A stretch of DNA of 64,000 nt from Ginglymostoma cirratum (taxonomy: Eukaryota), in contig JAHRHZ010000058.1 of the NCBI GenBank assembly GCA_024137785.1, forward strand, positions 33,151,646-33,215,645, read 5' to 3'. Shown piece by piece: positions 1 to 13,535 of this stretch. Position 1 is the first letter of the stretch, and the number at the start of each line of letters is the position of its first letter. The notes beneath the pieces were generated by a model. It was given only the letters and a program-made list of their open reading frames with translations. It searched no databases and had not been told where the DNA came from. Position numbers and translations under genes: made by a program.

Positions 1-841
1 ATTGCTGCTGGTCCTTGTCTTGCTGAAACCTTTGTTGCTCCTCAATAACTGCACCTTTGTTGTACAGAAACCACAATAACATTTGCTGTAGCTGAATCCA
101 ATGGTAACAGTTCCAATGAACCTGTGTGCAGGATATTAGGAACAAAACAGGTCCTCATTAATGTAAGCAGTCAACAATTGCATCATACACCAATGACAAC
201 TTAGCATAGTCCTCGATACACAGTGGATCATGGAGTCCACTAGCAAGGAGGGCCACCCCTACAGGGGGTGTCTTCAGAGACATGCAGAGTAAGCCATGTC
301 ATGCTAATACAGTAAGAGATTGTCAGTGCGGTCACTGAAACATTGTCCCCCTACCTCCACCTCCAATCTCAAGTAAGAAAGGCAGCATTGTATTTAAGGA
401 AATGCTTACAGTCCAATGTGAGAGGGGTGTGGTTCTGCAACCTTGTGCAGTCTTTAAAATCTTGCACTGTGTTAGGGAATTGTCGACCACAGGTGATTTT
501 AGGTTACTAGAGATCTTTTCTGCTTCACAGCAATTACTAGAATTAATTTATAATGATCCATAGCATGTCAGAATTGCTTGTGGTCATATTTGTAATCAAC
601 ACGGTTGGTCAATACATGAAGTGCAGATACTGAACTTTACGATTGCAGATGTATTTAATCTGGATTCCGTGAATGCCTGATTAATGCTGGCCCAGTGGTA
701 TTCTCGCTAAATAATTAATCCAGAGACCCAGGTTATGTTCTAGGGACCTGGGTTTGAATCCTGCCATGACAGATAGTGGAATTTGAATTCAATAATAATC
801 TAATCAATAATAACAAAGACAAAGGATCCATTGCCAATTGT

Positions 842-1690
842 CATAGAGTCATAGCGATCCTACAGCTCGGAAACAGACCCTTCAGCCAACTTGTCCATGC
901 CGAACAGATATCCTAATTAAATCTAGTTCCATTTGCCAGCATTTGGCCCGTATCCCCCTAAACCCTTACATTCATATACCCATCCAGAAACCTTCTACTT
1001 GTTGTTATTGTACCCACCTCCGGCAGCTCATTCCATATACACACCACCGTCTGCGTGGAAACTTTGTTTCTTAGGTCCCTTTTAAAGCTTTCCCCTCTCA
1101 CCCTAAACCTATGCCCTCTAGTTTTGGATTCTCCACCCTGGGGAAAAGACCCTGGCCATTCACCCTATCCATGTCCCTCATGATTTTATTAACTTCTAAA
1201 AGGTCATCCCTCAGCCTCTGACGCTCCAGGGAAAATAGCCCCAGCCTATTCAGCATCTCCCAATAGCCCACACTCTCCAATCCTAGCAACATTCTTGTAG
1301 AATTCTGAAGAAGGGTCCAGACCCAAAACGTCAGCTTTCCTGCTCCTCTGATGCTGCTTGGCCTGCTGTGTTCATCCAGCTCTACAACTTGTTATCTAAC
1401 ATTCTTGTAAATCTTTTCTGAACCCTTTCACATTTAACAACATCCTTCCTATAGCAGGGGGCCAAAATTGAACGCAATATTCCAAAAGTGGCCTAACCAG
1501 TGCCCTGTACAGCCACAACATGACCTCTCAACCCCTATACTCAATGCACTGACCAGTTAGGGCAAGTGTATCAAATGCCTTCTTCACCAACCTGTCTACT
1601 TGCGACTCCACTTTCAAGGAGCTCTAAATCTGCACCCCAAGGTCTCATTGTTCAGCAGCACTCCCTAGGACCTTAAGTGCATAAGTACTG
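842..1690 (-). mobile_element. CR1 LINE 3' fragment
   Basis: ORF 1098..1292 (LNRLGLFSLERQRLRDDLLEV) is the CR1 ORF2 C-terminus; CATAGAGT-type tail repeat at 842-855. Confidence 0.9.
1300..1397 (+). mobile_element. Penelope-like element 3' tail (family A) with degenerate hammerhead core
   Basis: CTGAAGA-AGGGTCCAGACCC-AAAAC-GTC followed by the family A tail; 12-bp TSD AACATTCTTGTA at 1288-1299 and 1398-1409. Confidence 0.85.
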
Positions 1691-2444
1691 TCAAGAAAAA
1701 AAACACCTGGTTCACAAAATGTCCATTAGAGAAGGAAATTGCTATCCTTACCTGTTCTGGCCTACATGAGAATCCAGCCTCCCAGCAATGTATGTGACTC
1801 ATAACTGCCCTCTGGGCAATTAGGAATGGGCAATAAATGCTACCCTAGCCAGTGTTGCCCACATCCTGTGAATGAATACAAAAAGAAATGCAATTGCCCT
1901 TTGAATGGCCTCATATTAAACACAAGTGGAGCCTCCTCCTGCAAACAATCAAAACTATTTTTCTCTCCCATTGTGCAGATGAAAGGCTTCAGAGAGTAAG
2001 TTACACACACCACCTATTATCCTAGTTGCCCCACATTCCATCTCCCCACCCGACTCCCAACCTTCATGTTCCTTTCTGCATTGCAGTTTCTGTCAACAAG
2101 GCCAGTTTTGAACCTTCGCATGACCTCAAAATTGTTTTTAGCTATTCAACTCTGCAATTTGCCCCCAAGCTCCAGGGGTACCACTTATTACCACTTAGTA
2201 ATGCCCACCATATTTATGCACTGTTTTTCTGTTGAAGGCAGGGTTGTGGTGACAATCAATGTCCTCCTATCTCCCAAAGCACCCCATGCCCTCCCATGCG
2301 ACAATGTTTCCAACCTTTAACCGAAGAGTTGCCCCTTTCTCAGTGCTTTTCTCTTCTGTATCCCAGCTGCATCCAATCCCCACATTTGACTTCCCCAACA
2401 CAGAGCTTTTTCTCTGATAACCCTTCTTGGCTTTTAGTGCACAA

Positions 2445-2780
2445 ACCCCCAGGACCAACTGTAGCCCATACCATAGACCAAATTGGGAATACAGCCCTGA
2501 CTGATGATGGATCAGACCCATGACTAATATTTGTGCAGCTCTCCGACTGACCTACTAATATTCCCTAGACTACTCGGCTCTGAACCCCAGGACTGACCAT
2601 GGTCTAAGCCCCAGTCTGTAAGAATGCAGAACCCTGGACCGTGAATGCACCAAGTAGCCAACTGACCTTAGCTATTCTCCTGGACTGACGTTGGATAATG
2701 GCCTTGACGAACTGTGGTAGCACTCCTTGACTGACAACTATCCTCTTTGACTGGAAGAAGGACTATTCTCTTTAGACTTT
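2445..2780. repeat. Degenerate minisatellite, ~23-24 bp period, ~15 units
   Basis: GAC(T/C)(G/A)AC-like core recurs roughly every 20-24 bp from ~2449 to ~2772. Confidence 0.55.
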
Positions 2781-5109
2781 CCAACATGACCGTTTGGTTG
2801 AAACACATGCAGTGTGCTTGCTACTTAAAATGCTGGCACACGCTCTCTGTATAACTTTTATGTAACACAGTGCTATACAGCAACATGTCTGCCTCCCTTC
2901 TCTTGTCATTGTTGACAAAAATGACAAGCTGCATGGCTTTCTGTCTGTGTAAAAGTCAACGCAAGACAAGTTCTGAATGAAGCAGCAATGCACTAAAAGG
3001 CAAATCAAAGCAACACAGAGATGCTGAGTATTTTTGTGACAACAGATGTGATCCTCAAAATATTTATAGACAATTTGTTTTTATTTTTACTTCCAAACTG
3101 TGGTTTCTTAAAATATAAATAATGTGCTGCCGCAAAGAAAAATAACTGGATGTAAATTCAGTGTCTGTCTGGCAAACCCCTATATGAAGTCCAGGAAATG
3201 TTGAACTTGTAAAGTCTTAGGAACCTTCAAAGAGGGAGAGACATAAGAAGAAATATCAAGGGGGTTGCTGGTTGATTCACCCCTCTCAGCAGAAAGTCAT
3301 CTCTTTCAAACATTCCTGTTCTCCCTCCAGGAATACACAAAAAATTACAACACTAGCAAGTGTTTTGGAGGGTCTAGACTTCCACAGCATGAGAACAACC
3401 ATTTTAAAACCTCTGGATTGCAGGTAAAACAAATGGAAAGACTATTCAGATTCATACAGCACTGAAAAAGGCCCTTTGGCCCATCAAGTCTGCACTGACT
3501 ATCACTAAAAGTGCACTAATCCCAATTTCCTGCACTTGTTCCATATCTTTAAACAATATGATATTTGAAGTACTCATCCAAATATTTTTTAAAGGTTGTA
3601 AAGTTTCCAGCCTCCACTACCTTCCCATTCCAGATTCCTACCGCCAGCTGAGTGATAACGTTCTTTGTTCCCAAATCCCCTCTGAATCTCCTGACCCTTA
3701 CTCTAAAACCATGCCCTCTCGTGATTGACTCCTCAAATAATGTGAACAGCTGCTCTCTATTCATCCTGTTCATACCCGTCATAACTTTATATAGCTCAAT
3801 CATGCCCCCCTCAGTCTTCTCTGCTTTAAAGAAAACAATCCAAGTCTGTCTAGTCTCTCCTTATAGCTCAATTTCTCCATCCCAGGCAACATCCCGGTGA
3901 ACCTTTTCTCTATCTCCTGTAGTGCTTTAACATCCTTCCTGCAGTGAGGTGACAAGAATTGCACACAGTACTCCAGGTGTGGCCTGACCAATGCCCTGTA
4001 CAGCTCCAACATTACTTCCTGGCTCTTATACACAATGCCATGACTGATGACTGCAAGTGTCCCATATATTCCTTCTTAACTTCTTATTTGTGTGCCTGCC
4101 AACTTCAGGAATATGTGAATAATTACCCCAAGATCCCTCCATTCCTCTAATCCACCCAGTGTCCTGCCAGTCAATAAATACTCCCTCATCTTACTTCTTC
4201 TTCCAAAGTGCATCACCTCACACCGATCTGCCCATCCGACCGACCCATCCATATCTTCCTGTAAACTACAACATTCTTCTTCACTGTTAACCACTCTGCC
4301 AATCTTGGTGACATCTGCAAATGTGTTCAACATTCCCCTCACATTTTCATCTATATCATTTACGTATGTAACAAAGAATAAGAGTCCCAGTACTGATCCT
4401 TGTGGTACACCGCTGGACACTGGCTTCCAGTCACTCAAACAATCTTCCGCAACTACCCTTTGTATCCTGTTACTAAGCTGGTTTCTGATCCATCTCACCA
4501 AATTTCCCTCAATTCCATGTGCTTTAACCTTTTCAATCAGTCTCCCATATGTGACCTTGTCAAAAGCTTTACTAAAGTCCATATCAACTATATCACCTGA
4601 ACTTCCCTCATCCATACACTTCATCCCGTCTTCAAAAACAATCGAACAAATTTGTTAGGCATGACCTCCCTCTGACAGAGACATGCTGACTTTCCCTAAT
4701 TAACCCATGCCTTTCCATATGGGTATTAATTCACTCCTTCAGAATTTTCTCCAATAGCTTCCCTACAACAGGTGTGGGACTCACCATTCTGCAATTTCTT
4801 AGTTCATCTCTACCACCTTTTTTAAAAAGTGGAACCACATGAGCATCTTTCAGTCCTCTGGCACTTCCCCCTTGGTGAGAGAGGAATGAAAAATTTGTGA
4901 CAGAGCGTCTGCAATTTCCTGCCTCACCTCCCACAGCAGCCTGGGAGGCAGTTCAAATGGGCCAGGGGATGTGTTGGTTTTTAAGTCCAGTAGCGCCTCC
5001 AATGCCTTCCCATTTCCTACATTAAACTGTGCAAGTTCCTCACAGTCACTTTTCCTGAATACTGCACCTACATCATCCTGTTCCACAGTGAAGACCAAAG
5101 AGAAGTATT

Positions 5110-6283
5110 CATAGAACTTAGAACATAGAACATAGAACAGTACAGCACAGTACAGGCCCTTCAGCCCACGATGTTGTGCTGAACTTTTATCCGAAACCTA
5201 AGGTCGATCTAACCTCCACCGCTACCTTATACTATCATCCATATGCCTATCTAATAGCCGCTTAAATGCCCCTAATGAGGCCAACTCCACTACCCTCTCT
5301 AGCAATGCATTCCACGCTCCTACCACACCTTGATTAAAGAACCTACCTCTGACGTCTCTCTGATTTCTACCTTCTTTCACTTTACGACTATTTCACCTCG
5401 TAAAAGCTACCTCCACCCTAGGAAAAAGTCTCTGGCTGTCCACTCTATCTATACCTCTGATCATTTTGTACGCCTCTATCAAGTCACCTCTCATCCTTCT
5501 TCATTCTAAAGAGAAAAGCCCTAGTTCTCTCAACCTTTCCTCATAAGACCTTCCCTCCATTCCAGGAAACATCCTGGTAAATCTCCTCTGCACCTTTTCC
5601 AACATCTTTCCTGTAATGAGGTGACCAGAACTGGACACAATACTCCAGGTGTGGCCGAACCAGGCTTATGTATAGCTGGAGCATAACTTCACGGCTCTTG
5701 AACTCAATCCCTGTATTAATGAAAGCCAGTACACCACACGCCTTCTTAACAACTCTATCCACCTGGGTGGCAGCTTTCAGGGAACTGTGAGCATGAACCC
5801 CAAGATCCCTCTGCTCTTCCACACTGCCAAGAATCTTTCCTTCAACCCTATATTCTGCTTTCAAGTTTGTCCTTCCAAAATGAATCACCTCACACTTTTC
5901 AGAGTTAAACTCCATCTGCCACTTCTCAGCCTAGCTCCGCATTCTATCAATGTCCCTTTGTAACCTAGAATAGCCCTCCACACTGTCCACAATGTGACCC
6001 ACCTTCTTATCGTCCGCGAACTTGCTAATCCACCCTTCCACTCTTTCATGCAAATCATTTACAAAAATCACAAATAGAAGAGGACCCAGAACAGATCCTT
6101 GTGGTACACCACACATAACTGAGCACCATGTTGAATGTTTTCCGTCCACTACCCCACTTTGTCTTCTAAGGGTCAGCCAATTCTGAATCCACTCTGCCAC
6201 ATTTCCCCTATCCCATGCCTACTTACCTTCGGCATGAGCCTACCATGGGGAACCTTATCAAACGCCTTACTTAAATCCATGTA
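5110..6283 (-). mobile_element. Younger 5'-truncated CR1 LINE nested in a CR1
   Basis: (CATAGAA)n tail at 5110-5138; ORFs 5541..5915 and 5931..6200 (GVPQGSVLGPLLF, SKFADD). Confidence 0.92.
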
Positions 6284-6845
6284 TAAAATTCATTTATTTA
6301 TTCGTTTAACACACTTACAATATCCTGCGGCTTCACACAGTCCTTGGTCCTTCATTGGCCCCACTCTTTCTCTAGTCAATGTCTTCCCTTTAACGTATTT
6401 ATAAAATACCTTAGGATTCTCCCTAATCCTGTTCACAAGTTCTTTTTCATGCCCCCTTTTTGCTCTTCTAACTGCTTTCTTTAAAGCCTTCCTGCACTTC
6501 CTGCTTTCCTGTAGAGCCGCAGCTGAATTGTTCCCTTAGATCTCACTAAAAGCCCTAATCTTCTTCTTTACCAAGCCCTGAATTGTCCTAGACATCCAGG
6601 GTTCTCTGAACTTATTGCTCCTGCATCTCCCTCTAAAGGGTACATGTTGGACCTGTGCTCTCCCCAGCTCCTTTTTGAATGCCCCCCACCCATTGTTCCA
6701 TTGTAGACTTAACCACAAGGAGCTGTTCCCAGCCTACTGTGGCCAGATCCTACTTTATTTTAATAAAATCTGCCTTTCCCCAATCCAAAGCTGTCTCTTG
6801 AAGGCCATATTTTTCCTTGCCCAAATCAAATTTGAGCCGTACCAT

Positions 6846-6975
6846 GAGATAGTAAGAACTGTTGACGCTGGGAGTCAGAGACAACACAGTGTGGAGCTGG
6901 AGGAACGCAGCAGGCCAGGCAGCATCAGAGGAGCGGGAAAGTTGATGTTTCGGGTAGGGACTCTTCTTCAGAAAC
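6846..6975 (-). mobile_element. Penelope-like 3' tail (family A, long terminus)
   Basis: Reverse strand reads CTGAAGA-AGAGTCCCTACCC-GAAAC-ATC followed by the tail, ending TTACTATCTC. Confidence 0.8.
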
Positions 6976-7349
6976 TGTATTTGTACTGTGTTGTGGTCGC
7001 TATCGTCGAAATGACCCCCTACTGCCACATGGAAGATTTGTCCAGATTCTTTCCCCAGAATCAGATCCAGCACTGCACCGTCCCTTATTGGGCCTTCAGC
7101 TTATTGATATAAAAAAACTCCTTGGATACATTTCAAGAAACCCACCCCCTCTAGATCCTTAACACTATGACAATCCCAATTTAAGTTGGAGAAAGTTGAA
7201 ACCCCTCGTATAATTACCCGATTATTACTCTTACACACTTCTGATAACTGACTATTTGCTCCTTTATTTCCTGCTGACTCTTTGGGGGCCTATAGTATAC
7301 TCCCAGTAAAGTAGCTCCCCCTTAACACTCCTAAGTTCTACCCAAAAAG

Positions 7350-7550
7350 GTGGAACTTATATAAGGGTGGTGGAGGCTGAAACACATATAACATTTAAGT
7401 TAGATTTAGATGTATACTTGTGATGCCAAGGCATAGAAGGCTATAGCCCACATGCTAGAAAATGGGATTAGAATAGTTCGATGGTTGTTTTGATTGGCGC
7501 AGACTCGATGGGCTGAAGGGCTTTTTTCTGTACTGTGGACCTCGATGCCT
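7350..7550 (+). mobile_element. CR1 3' end fragment
   Basis: GGTGGTGGAGGC...ACATTTAAG...GATGGGCTGAAGGGC, a typical CR1 3' UTR. Confidence 0.7.
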
Positions 7551-8190
7551 GTAATTTTGTTGATGTCCTTTATGTAATCTCTGACTGCGTTGCTTTACAT
7601 CCCACACAGACTTACACTGTGACAGTGTATATCAATGTGAAAGGCCAGATTTTGCTGAAGTGAGTTCAAACAAAACCATTGTGTTGAGTTTGGTACTTAG
7701 GCTCATTCCTGTTACCAGGACTTCCTGTTAAATTGGAGAGTTGACATTTCTATGGTGCATCTCTTTCTCACATCATTTGTATTTGCCAAAGAGCCACTCA
7801 GCCAATTTTCTAGCTGCTAAGCTGTCGTTGCTTCATCACTCACAACCTTCTGTATCTTGCATTGTTTCAGCTTCGTGTCTCATTGCCACTGACCTGGAGA
7901 TCCCTATGGTAAACAAAGGTTATCTGTGCTGCTTCTTCAACTGCCTTGTATTTAATTACTTTATCCACAGAGAAAAACTGATCATTAACTTTAACTTTTA
8001 AACCCATATGTACTTTAAAAAAATCCCAGAGAAATCTCAATCATTAATTAATTTTCTCCACTGAAGCACTGATATTTATTCACTTAATCAATCCAAACAA
8101 AGGGCCCAATCTTTAATTAATTCTCCCAGTAAATGTCTGATCCAGACTGAATTTTTCTCGCTAAAACTGTAATTGACTTTTGTTTCAATT

Positions 8191-9731
8191 CGTTGTGGAC
8201 CAGGCCAATCCCCTGCAAATATATTAAGGTAGATAACTCAGACCCTAACTTTTATCTAATTTAAAGGCAAGTATAAGGTGCTGTGTTTCAGAGCAGATGA
8301 CACTAAAATTGGAGGTGTTGTGGACAGCGATGAAGGTTACCTCAAAGTACAATGGGACCTTGATCAGATGAGCCACTGGGCCGAGGAGTGGCAGGTGGAG
8401 TTTAATTTATATAAATGTGAGGTACTGCATTTTGGAAAGGCAAATCAGGGCAGGATATATACACTTAATGGTAAGGTCCTGGGGAGTGTTGCCGAACAAA
8501 GAGATTTGGAGTGCAAGTTCATAGTTCCTTGAAAGTGGAGGTGCAGGTAGGTAGGATAGTGAATGCGGTGTTTGGCATATTTGCCTATATTGATCAATGC
8601 ATTGACTATAGGAGTTGAGAGGTCATGTTGCAGCTGTACAGGACATTGGTTAGGCCACTTTTTGTATATTGAGTACAATTCTGTCTCCCTGCTATAGGAA
8701 GGATGTTGTGAAACTTGAAAGGATTCAAGACAGATTTACAAGGATGTTGCCAGGGTTGGAGGATTTGTGCCATAGGGAGAGGCTGAATAGGCTGGGACTA
8801 TTTTCCCTGGAGCGTCGGAGGCTGAGGCATGACCTCATTGAAGTTTATAATATCATGAGGCGTATGGATGGGGTAATTAGATGAGGGCTTTTCCCTGGGT
8901 TTGGGGAGTCCAAAACTAAAAAGCATCGGTTTAAAGTGAGAGGGGAAAGATTTAAAGGGTACCTACAGGGCAACTTTTTCACGCAGAGGGTGGTGTATGC
9001 ATGGAACGAGCTGCCAGAGGAAGTGGTGAAGGCTGGTAGAATAACAACATTTAAAAGGCATCTGGATAGGTATATGAATAGGAAGGATTTAGAGGGATAT
9101 GAAACAAATGCTGGCAAATGGGACTAGATTAATTTAGGCTATCTGGTCAGCATGGACAAGTTGGATTGAAGGGTCTGTTTCTGTGATGTACAACTCTATG
9201 ACTCTATGACAGGACGTAATTCAATTGGTTACACTTCTCAGTTTTAAGTAAAACACACATTATTCCCACAGTGCAGTTAAAACACAAACAAGGAAGGAAG
9301 AATTGGTACAACTTTAACTCTAACAGAAATCTAAACAGAATAATCAATTATTTAACCGCTAAACAGTAACTGTTCCAATATAGTAACATCCTGTAACCAT
9401 ATCCTTGGCAAAAGCAAATTCAGTAAAATAGATTGTCTCATATGTAATTCTGTCAGCATAGAGAGAAAATTCTAGTAGAGAGAGAGACAGAGAGAGAGAG
9501 ACAGCTTGCACAGCCAACTTAAAAAACACCAAAATGTGCTGAAAGATAAACTAAAAGCCTGGTTGTGTGGGAGCCTGACTCCATCCATTCATGCTGCTCC
9601 TATTGTTGCAACTTTAAAGCAGAACCCAAGGCTTCACGAGCTGTTCACTTTATTCACACCTCTGTCTCAACTCGCGTCATTAAAAAAAACCGAAGACAGA
9701 ATACATCTCTTAAAGCCTTAGTATCATCACA
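8191..9731. mobile_element. Probable solo LTR, split by a CR1 insertion
   Basis: Termini CGTTGTG (likely decayed TGTTGTG) ... CATCACA; 4-bp flanks AATT and AGTT (near-TSD); internal (AG)n at ~9476-9503. Confidence 0.5.
8291..9208 (+). mobile_element. 5'-truncated CR1 LINE
   Basis: ADDTKIGG...KCEVLHFG, RLGLFSLERRRL and FFTQRVV.AWN.LP motifs; (ACTCTATG)n tail. Confidence 0.93.
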
Positions 9732-10320
9732 AGTTATTTTCCCCAATCTTTAATAAATTTTACCCAGCAAAGTTCTAACCTTTAGTGAATTTCCTGTGAA
9801 TTCCTCAATTATTTTCACAAATGAATTATTTTGGTGAAACCTCTATATTTCACTTAATTTTGTTGATTGAAGATCTGAGAACCCTGGGATAAGAGTGCCA
9901 ACAAAGAACTGAACTGATCCTTCACTCTTTCAACTTAACTCCTTGACAAAAACCTGCTTTTGGGTTTACCTATGCTTAGGCGTAAATGGTGGACTGTTGT
10001 GGTACAATGGTAGTGTCCCTATTTCCACCAGAGTGTGAGTTCAAGTTTAAAGGTGTGTCACCATATATCTGAAGAGGTTAACTAAAAATATCTAGAAATA
10101 AACGATGGCTTGTTGAACAGTTTTACATCATCCTAGTTGGATTTGATTGTCATTTGCATTGTCAACTATCAACTATAACGCATTCAAATTGCTAAATGCT
10201 TATTAACCGTTTCTTGCCACAGACAGTTGTATCTTAAGTTAAAACTACAATCAGCAATAGCTAAATCTAGATATTGAGCATTCAAATAATCAGAAAATAT
10301 GATAAAATGCACAAAACAAT

Positions 10321-10376
10321 CCTGCTCCTATGATGCTGCTTGACCTGCTGTGTTCATCCAGCCCCATGCTTGTTAA
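10321..10376 (+). mobile_element. Very short PLE family A tail (young subfamily)
   Basis: Matches the reverse complement of 40068-40123 (CCTGCTCCTATGATGCTGCTTGACC...CATGCTTGTTA). Confidence 0.8.
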
Positions 10377-10559
10377 CTAGCATAGATTATTGTATGCTGT
10401 TTAACAGTAATTCAACATTCACTTACACCACACTCAGGGCACTAAACATTTCTAGATATTCTTTTAGGCATATTTTGAAACTTGGAATCTGGATGATCAA
10501 TGTCTGCTTCTGTCAAGGCAGTCAAATTTCCTTCAGTGGTCTTAAAATCAGATTGGGCA

Positions 10560-10760
10560 CAGAATCATTGAATCTCTCCAGTGCAGAAGCAGGCCATTCA
10601 GCCCATTGAGTCTGCACCAACCCTCTGAAGAGCATACCACCCAGATCCACTCTCCTATCTCCATAACCCTGCATCCATCATAATCAATCCACCTAATCCA
10701 CCCTGGCCACTATGGGGCAATTTTACATGGGTAATCCACCTCACCCGCACATCTCTGAAT
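10560..10760 (-). mobile_element. HE1-like SINE 3' half
   Basis: Similar to 54380-54545 (CTCTGAAGAGCAT.CCACCC, AATCCACCT). Confidence 0.65.
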
Positions 10761-10879
10761 TATAAGACCGTGGCCACACAAATTGCCTTTTATTACATCC
10801 ATTTTATACCTCTGAAACAGGCACAATTCCTATCCCAATGTGTCTAGTTTGGTTTCCTCCAATATTGGGTTATCTAGTG

Positions 10880-11260
10880 ACTATGCAAAAAGGCTCAGAA
10901 GGATGACACACAAATATATGCAACTTAAAAATACCTTATTTACTCCAAAAAAGCTGAAATGACAGGATTGATTTAATTAGCCCCCCAGAACAACTTCAAA
11001 GCTGTCTTGAAACAAATGAAGGGGCTAGACTGTGTTTACATTGACAGATTACTTCAATTAGATAGATTGGAGAGGGCCAAGGGTCATGTATAAGTTACAT
11101 AAAAGCAGAAATAGCTTTGTGGCAGGAGGTTCTCTTTTCCCCAAGGGTTAGTAGACCTGTGGAATGGGATGCCTCCTCATGCAGTCAGTGCTGATTCACT
11201 GCATACCTTCAAAAGTGAATGCGCACAGTTACTAGCTGGGGTGGAAATCACAGACCACAA
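10880..11260 (+). mobile_element. Old CR1-like 3' fragment
   Basis: Degenerate F.QRVV.LWN.MP motif (TTTTCCCCAAGGGTTAGTAGACCTGTGGAATGGGATGCC). Confidence 0.5.
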
Positions 11261-11576
11261 AAGGTAGAAGCAATGCTGAATAATATAAATCATGATCAAC
11301 ATGGTCTTCTAGACTAGTTTTGTATTAAGATGGTTGAAAAGGAATATTCCACATTGTTTCACCCAATTCACCACGTTTCTCTTTAATCTGCCTCTCCCAG
11401 GAGATCTCATCAATTTCATAAATACTTACAGATTTCCTGAAAAAGTAAGAAAATAGAGTATCTTGGAAAATTAAAGTGAGTCCCAAAGAAATGAAAGCTC
11501 TTTGAATATAATTTGAAAGTATAAACTCACAATAGGTCTTTATGGCAGATATTAGTTCCATGAAAATGCGACTCAC

Positions 11577-11660
11577 TTTTGGAGAGTTCAGAGGCAGCTC
11601 TGATGGAACCACCTGTATATCACCAACCTGAATATGCTTTGATTTCATCATTCCTTTTAT
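11577..11660 (-). CDS. Weak candidate host exon (IKGMMKSKHIQVGDIQVVPSELPLNSPK; a shorter 36-nt form starting at 11612 is possible)
   Basis: Consensus donor AAA|GTGAGT at 11571-11576, open frame, repeat-free context. Acceptors are weak and the peptide is not recognised. Confidence 0.25.
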
Positions 11661-13174
11661 CTGTCCCAGTTTCAGCAGAGATGAAGCCATCAATGAAAAT
11701 AAAAGTACCAGAGTCATGAATTATTTATGATTAGATGCTCTCAGCTGAATATGTTTTGTAATTAAATGCACATGTCAATTTTGTGTCTTTCACAGGGTTC
11801 AAGAAATGGATTATACGGTTGTGTAATTATTAACGTGATTTATTACAAGTATTGAGATGATGCAGTAGATTGGCATTCCAAATGAGAGGTAGGTCACAAA
11901 TTTTCCCTGGTACTTTCCAAACGTTGGTCTGTGGTTATCATCATGCCCTTGGTTGGAGGTGCCAAGCAACACCTGAGTAATTTGTCCCAAGAAGAGAGGG
12001 GAAAAATAAAATGAACAAAAACTTGTTTTCACCTAAATGGATTATGCAATATGATTTATTCATATTTCCTTATTATTCTATCTGAGTACCTGAACCACCA
12101 GATTACTGTGGCAAGACCATAGGTGCACACAGGAAAACAATGTGTGCATAGGCCTCCATTCTTACATTCTGTGAGTCAGCTGCCTAGAACTGTAGCTTAG
12201 TGACAGTTCTTGTCTCTTCCTCTTTCTGTGTTGAGTTGCTTGGTATTATCTGAGAATCATTCCAGAGATTTGAATGACCCGGAGATTCTGCAGTAGAGAA
12301 AATGGCCTGTTCTATTCTGCCTTAAATAGGTACCCTCAATAGGTATTCAATAATACACATCATCCAACATTATTGATGCTTTCATAGTCATGTCAATTTC
12401 CAGCCTAATGTATCACTCTGCACACTTTACAAATTTGTTCGGTGAATAAGGGCAGAATCTTGTTGAGGCATTGTCAGCCAGTTGATTAGCTGGTGAAAGA
12501 CCAGTTCCAATTCTTCCAAGTAGTACCTGCTGAATCACACATCCAGCAGTTGTGAGGAGATGGGCAGGCCTTCCACTAGAATCGAGACCCCGTGGGGACA
12601 TGCCCTGCCCAGCAAGAGCTGCCGGCAAATCAGAGGCTCGTAGCTCTGTGCTCAGCAGTTATCAGGAAAAAGCCTTGACTGCTGGATGAAAAGGACCCCC
12701 AGACTCAAGGAGAACCCAGGGCAAAGGTAAGTAATCTGGGCCTTCAAGGGTAGACAGTGCATGACCATACCGGCATGAGTGACCTCAAATGCCAGGAGCT
12801 GGTGGGAGAAAGTTGGGCAGACTCATGTCTACAGGTTGGGTAAGGACCTGGCAGGTGTGAAACCTTTCAGAAAGGCTACCAGGAAGGAGGTACCTGGGAT
12901 CTCATTGACAAATAGATGCTGCAGCTGGAAGCTACTGGTCAAAGAGTCTGTGAATCAAAAGAACACATGGGGGAAGAAAATGGCTGGAACCACACCTGGA
13001 GTGAGTGGGATAAACAAGTTGCCCTGTGAGGGAGGGGTCTGTAGGCCCCACTGATGTGAGCCCCTTCAGAGGATAAAAACATTACATACAGTTCACAACA
13101 CAGTCTCCAACCCCTGTTGACCCTAATGCATTGACTCCCTGTGTGCTGTATATCCCCTCCTCCACACATTGCCT

Positions 13175-13535
13175 TTATTCTTTATTCATTCACGGGCTGT
13201 GGGCGTCGCTGGACAGGCAGCATTTATTGCCCGTCCCTAATTGCCCAGAGGGCAGATCAGAATTAACCAGATTGCTGTTGTTCTGGAATCACATGTAGGA
13301 TAGACCCAGTAAGGATGGCAGTTTCCTTCCCTAAAGGACATTAGTGAACCACATGGGTTTTTCCAACAATCAATAATGGATTCACGGTCATCATTAGATT
13401 CTTAATTCCAGCTATTTTATTGAATTCAAATTCCACCATCTGCCATGGCAGGATTCAAACCCGGGTCCCCAGAACATTATCTGGGTCTCTGGATTAGATG
13501 TCCAGCGATAATACCACTGGGCCATTGCCTCCCCT
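13175..13535 (-). mobile_element. tRNA-headed SINE (same family as 688), full length
   Basis: TTTATTCATTCAC...GCATTTATTGCCC tail and GGATTCAAACC B-box, both in reverse orientation. Confidence 0.8.

Larger units (their letters stand above)
688..1885 (+). mobile_element. tRNA-headed SINE with L2/CR1-group-type tail, split by a CR1 insertion (pieces ~688-842 and ~1690-1885)
   Basis: A-box/B-box-like head (GGCCCAGTGG...GGTTTGAATCC) and tail GGGCAATAAATGCT...GCCCACATCC..GAATGAATA. The same family recurs at 13175, 26245, 50397 and 52985. Confidence 0.7.
3440..7345 (-). mobile_element. Degenerate long CR1 LINE (part of APE domain plus RT), interrupted by a younger CR1 (5110-6283) and a PLE tail (6846-6975)
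   Basis: ORFs 4076..4624 (DFSKAFDKV, SGVPQGSVLG, FADVTK), 3800..4033 ([10 protein letters not shown]) and 6750..7073 (LDLIL...DSDHN) are collinear on the minus strand. Confidence 0.9.
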
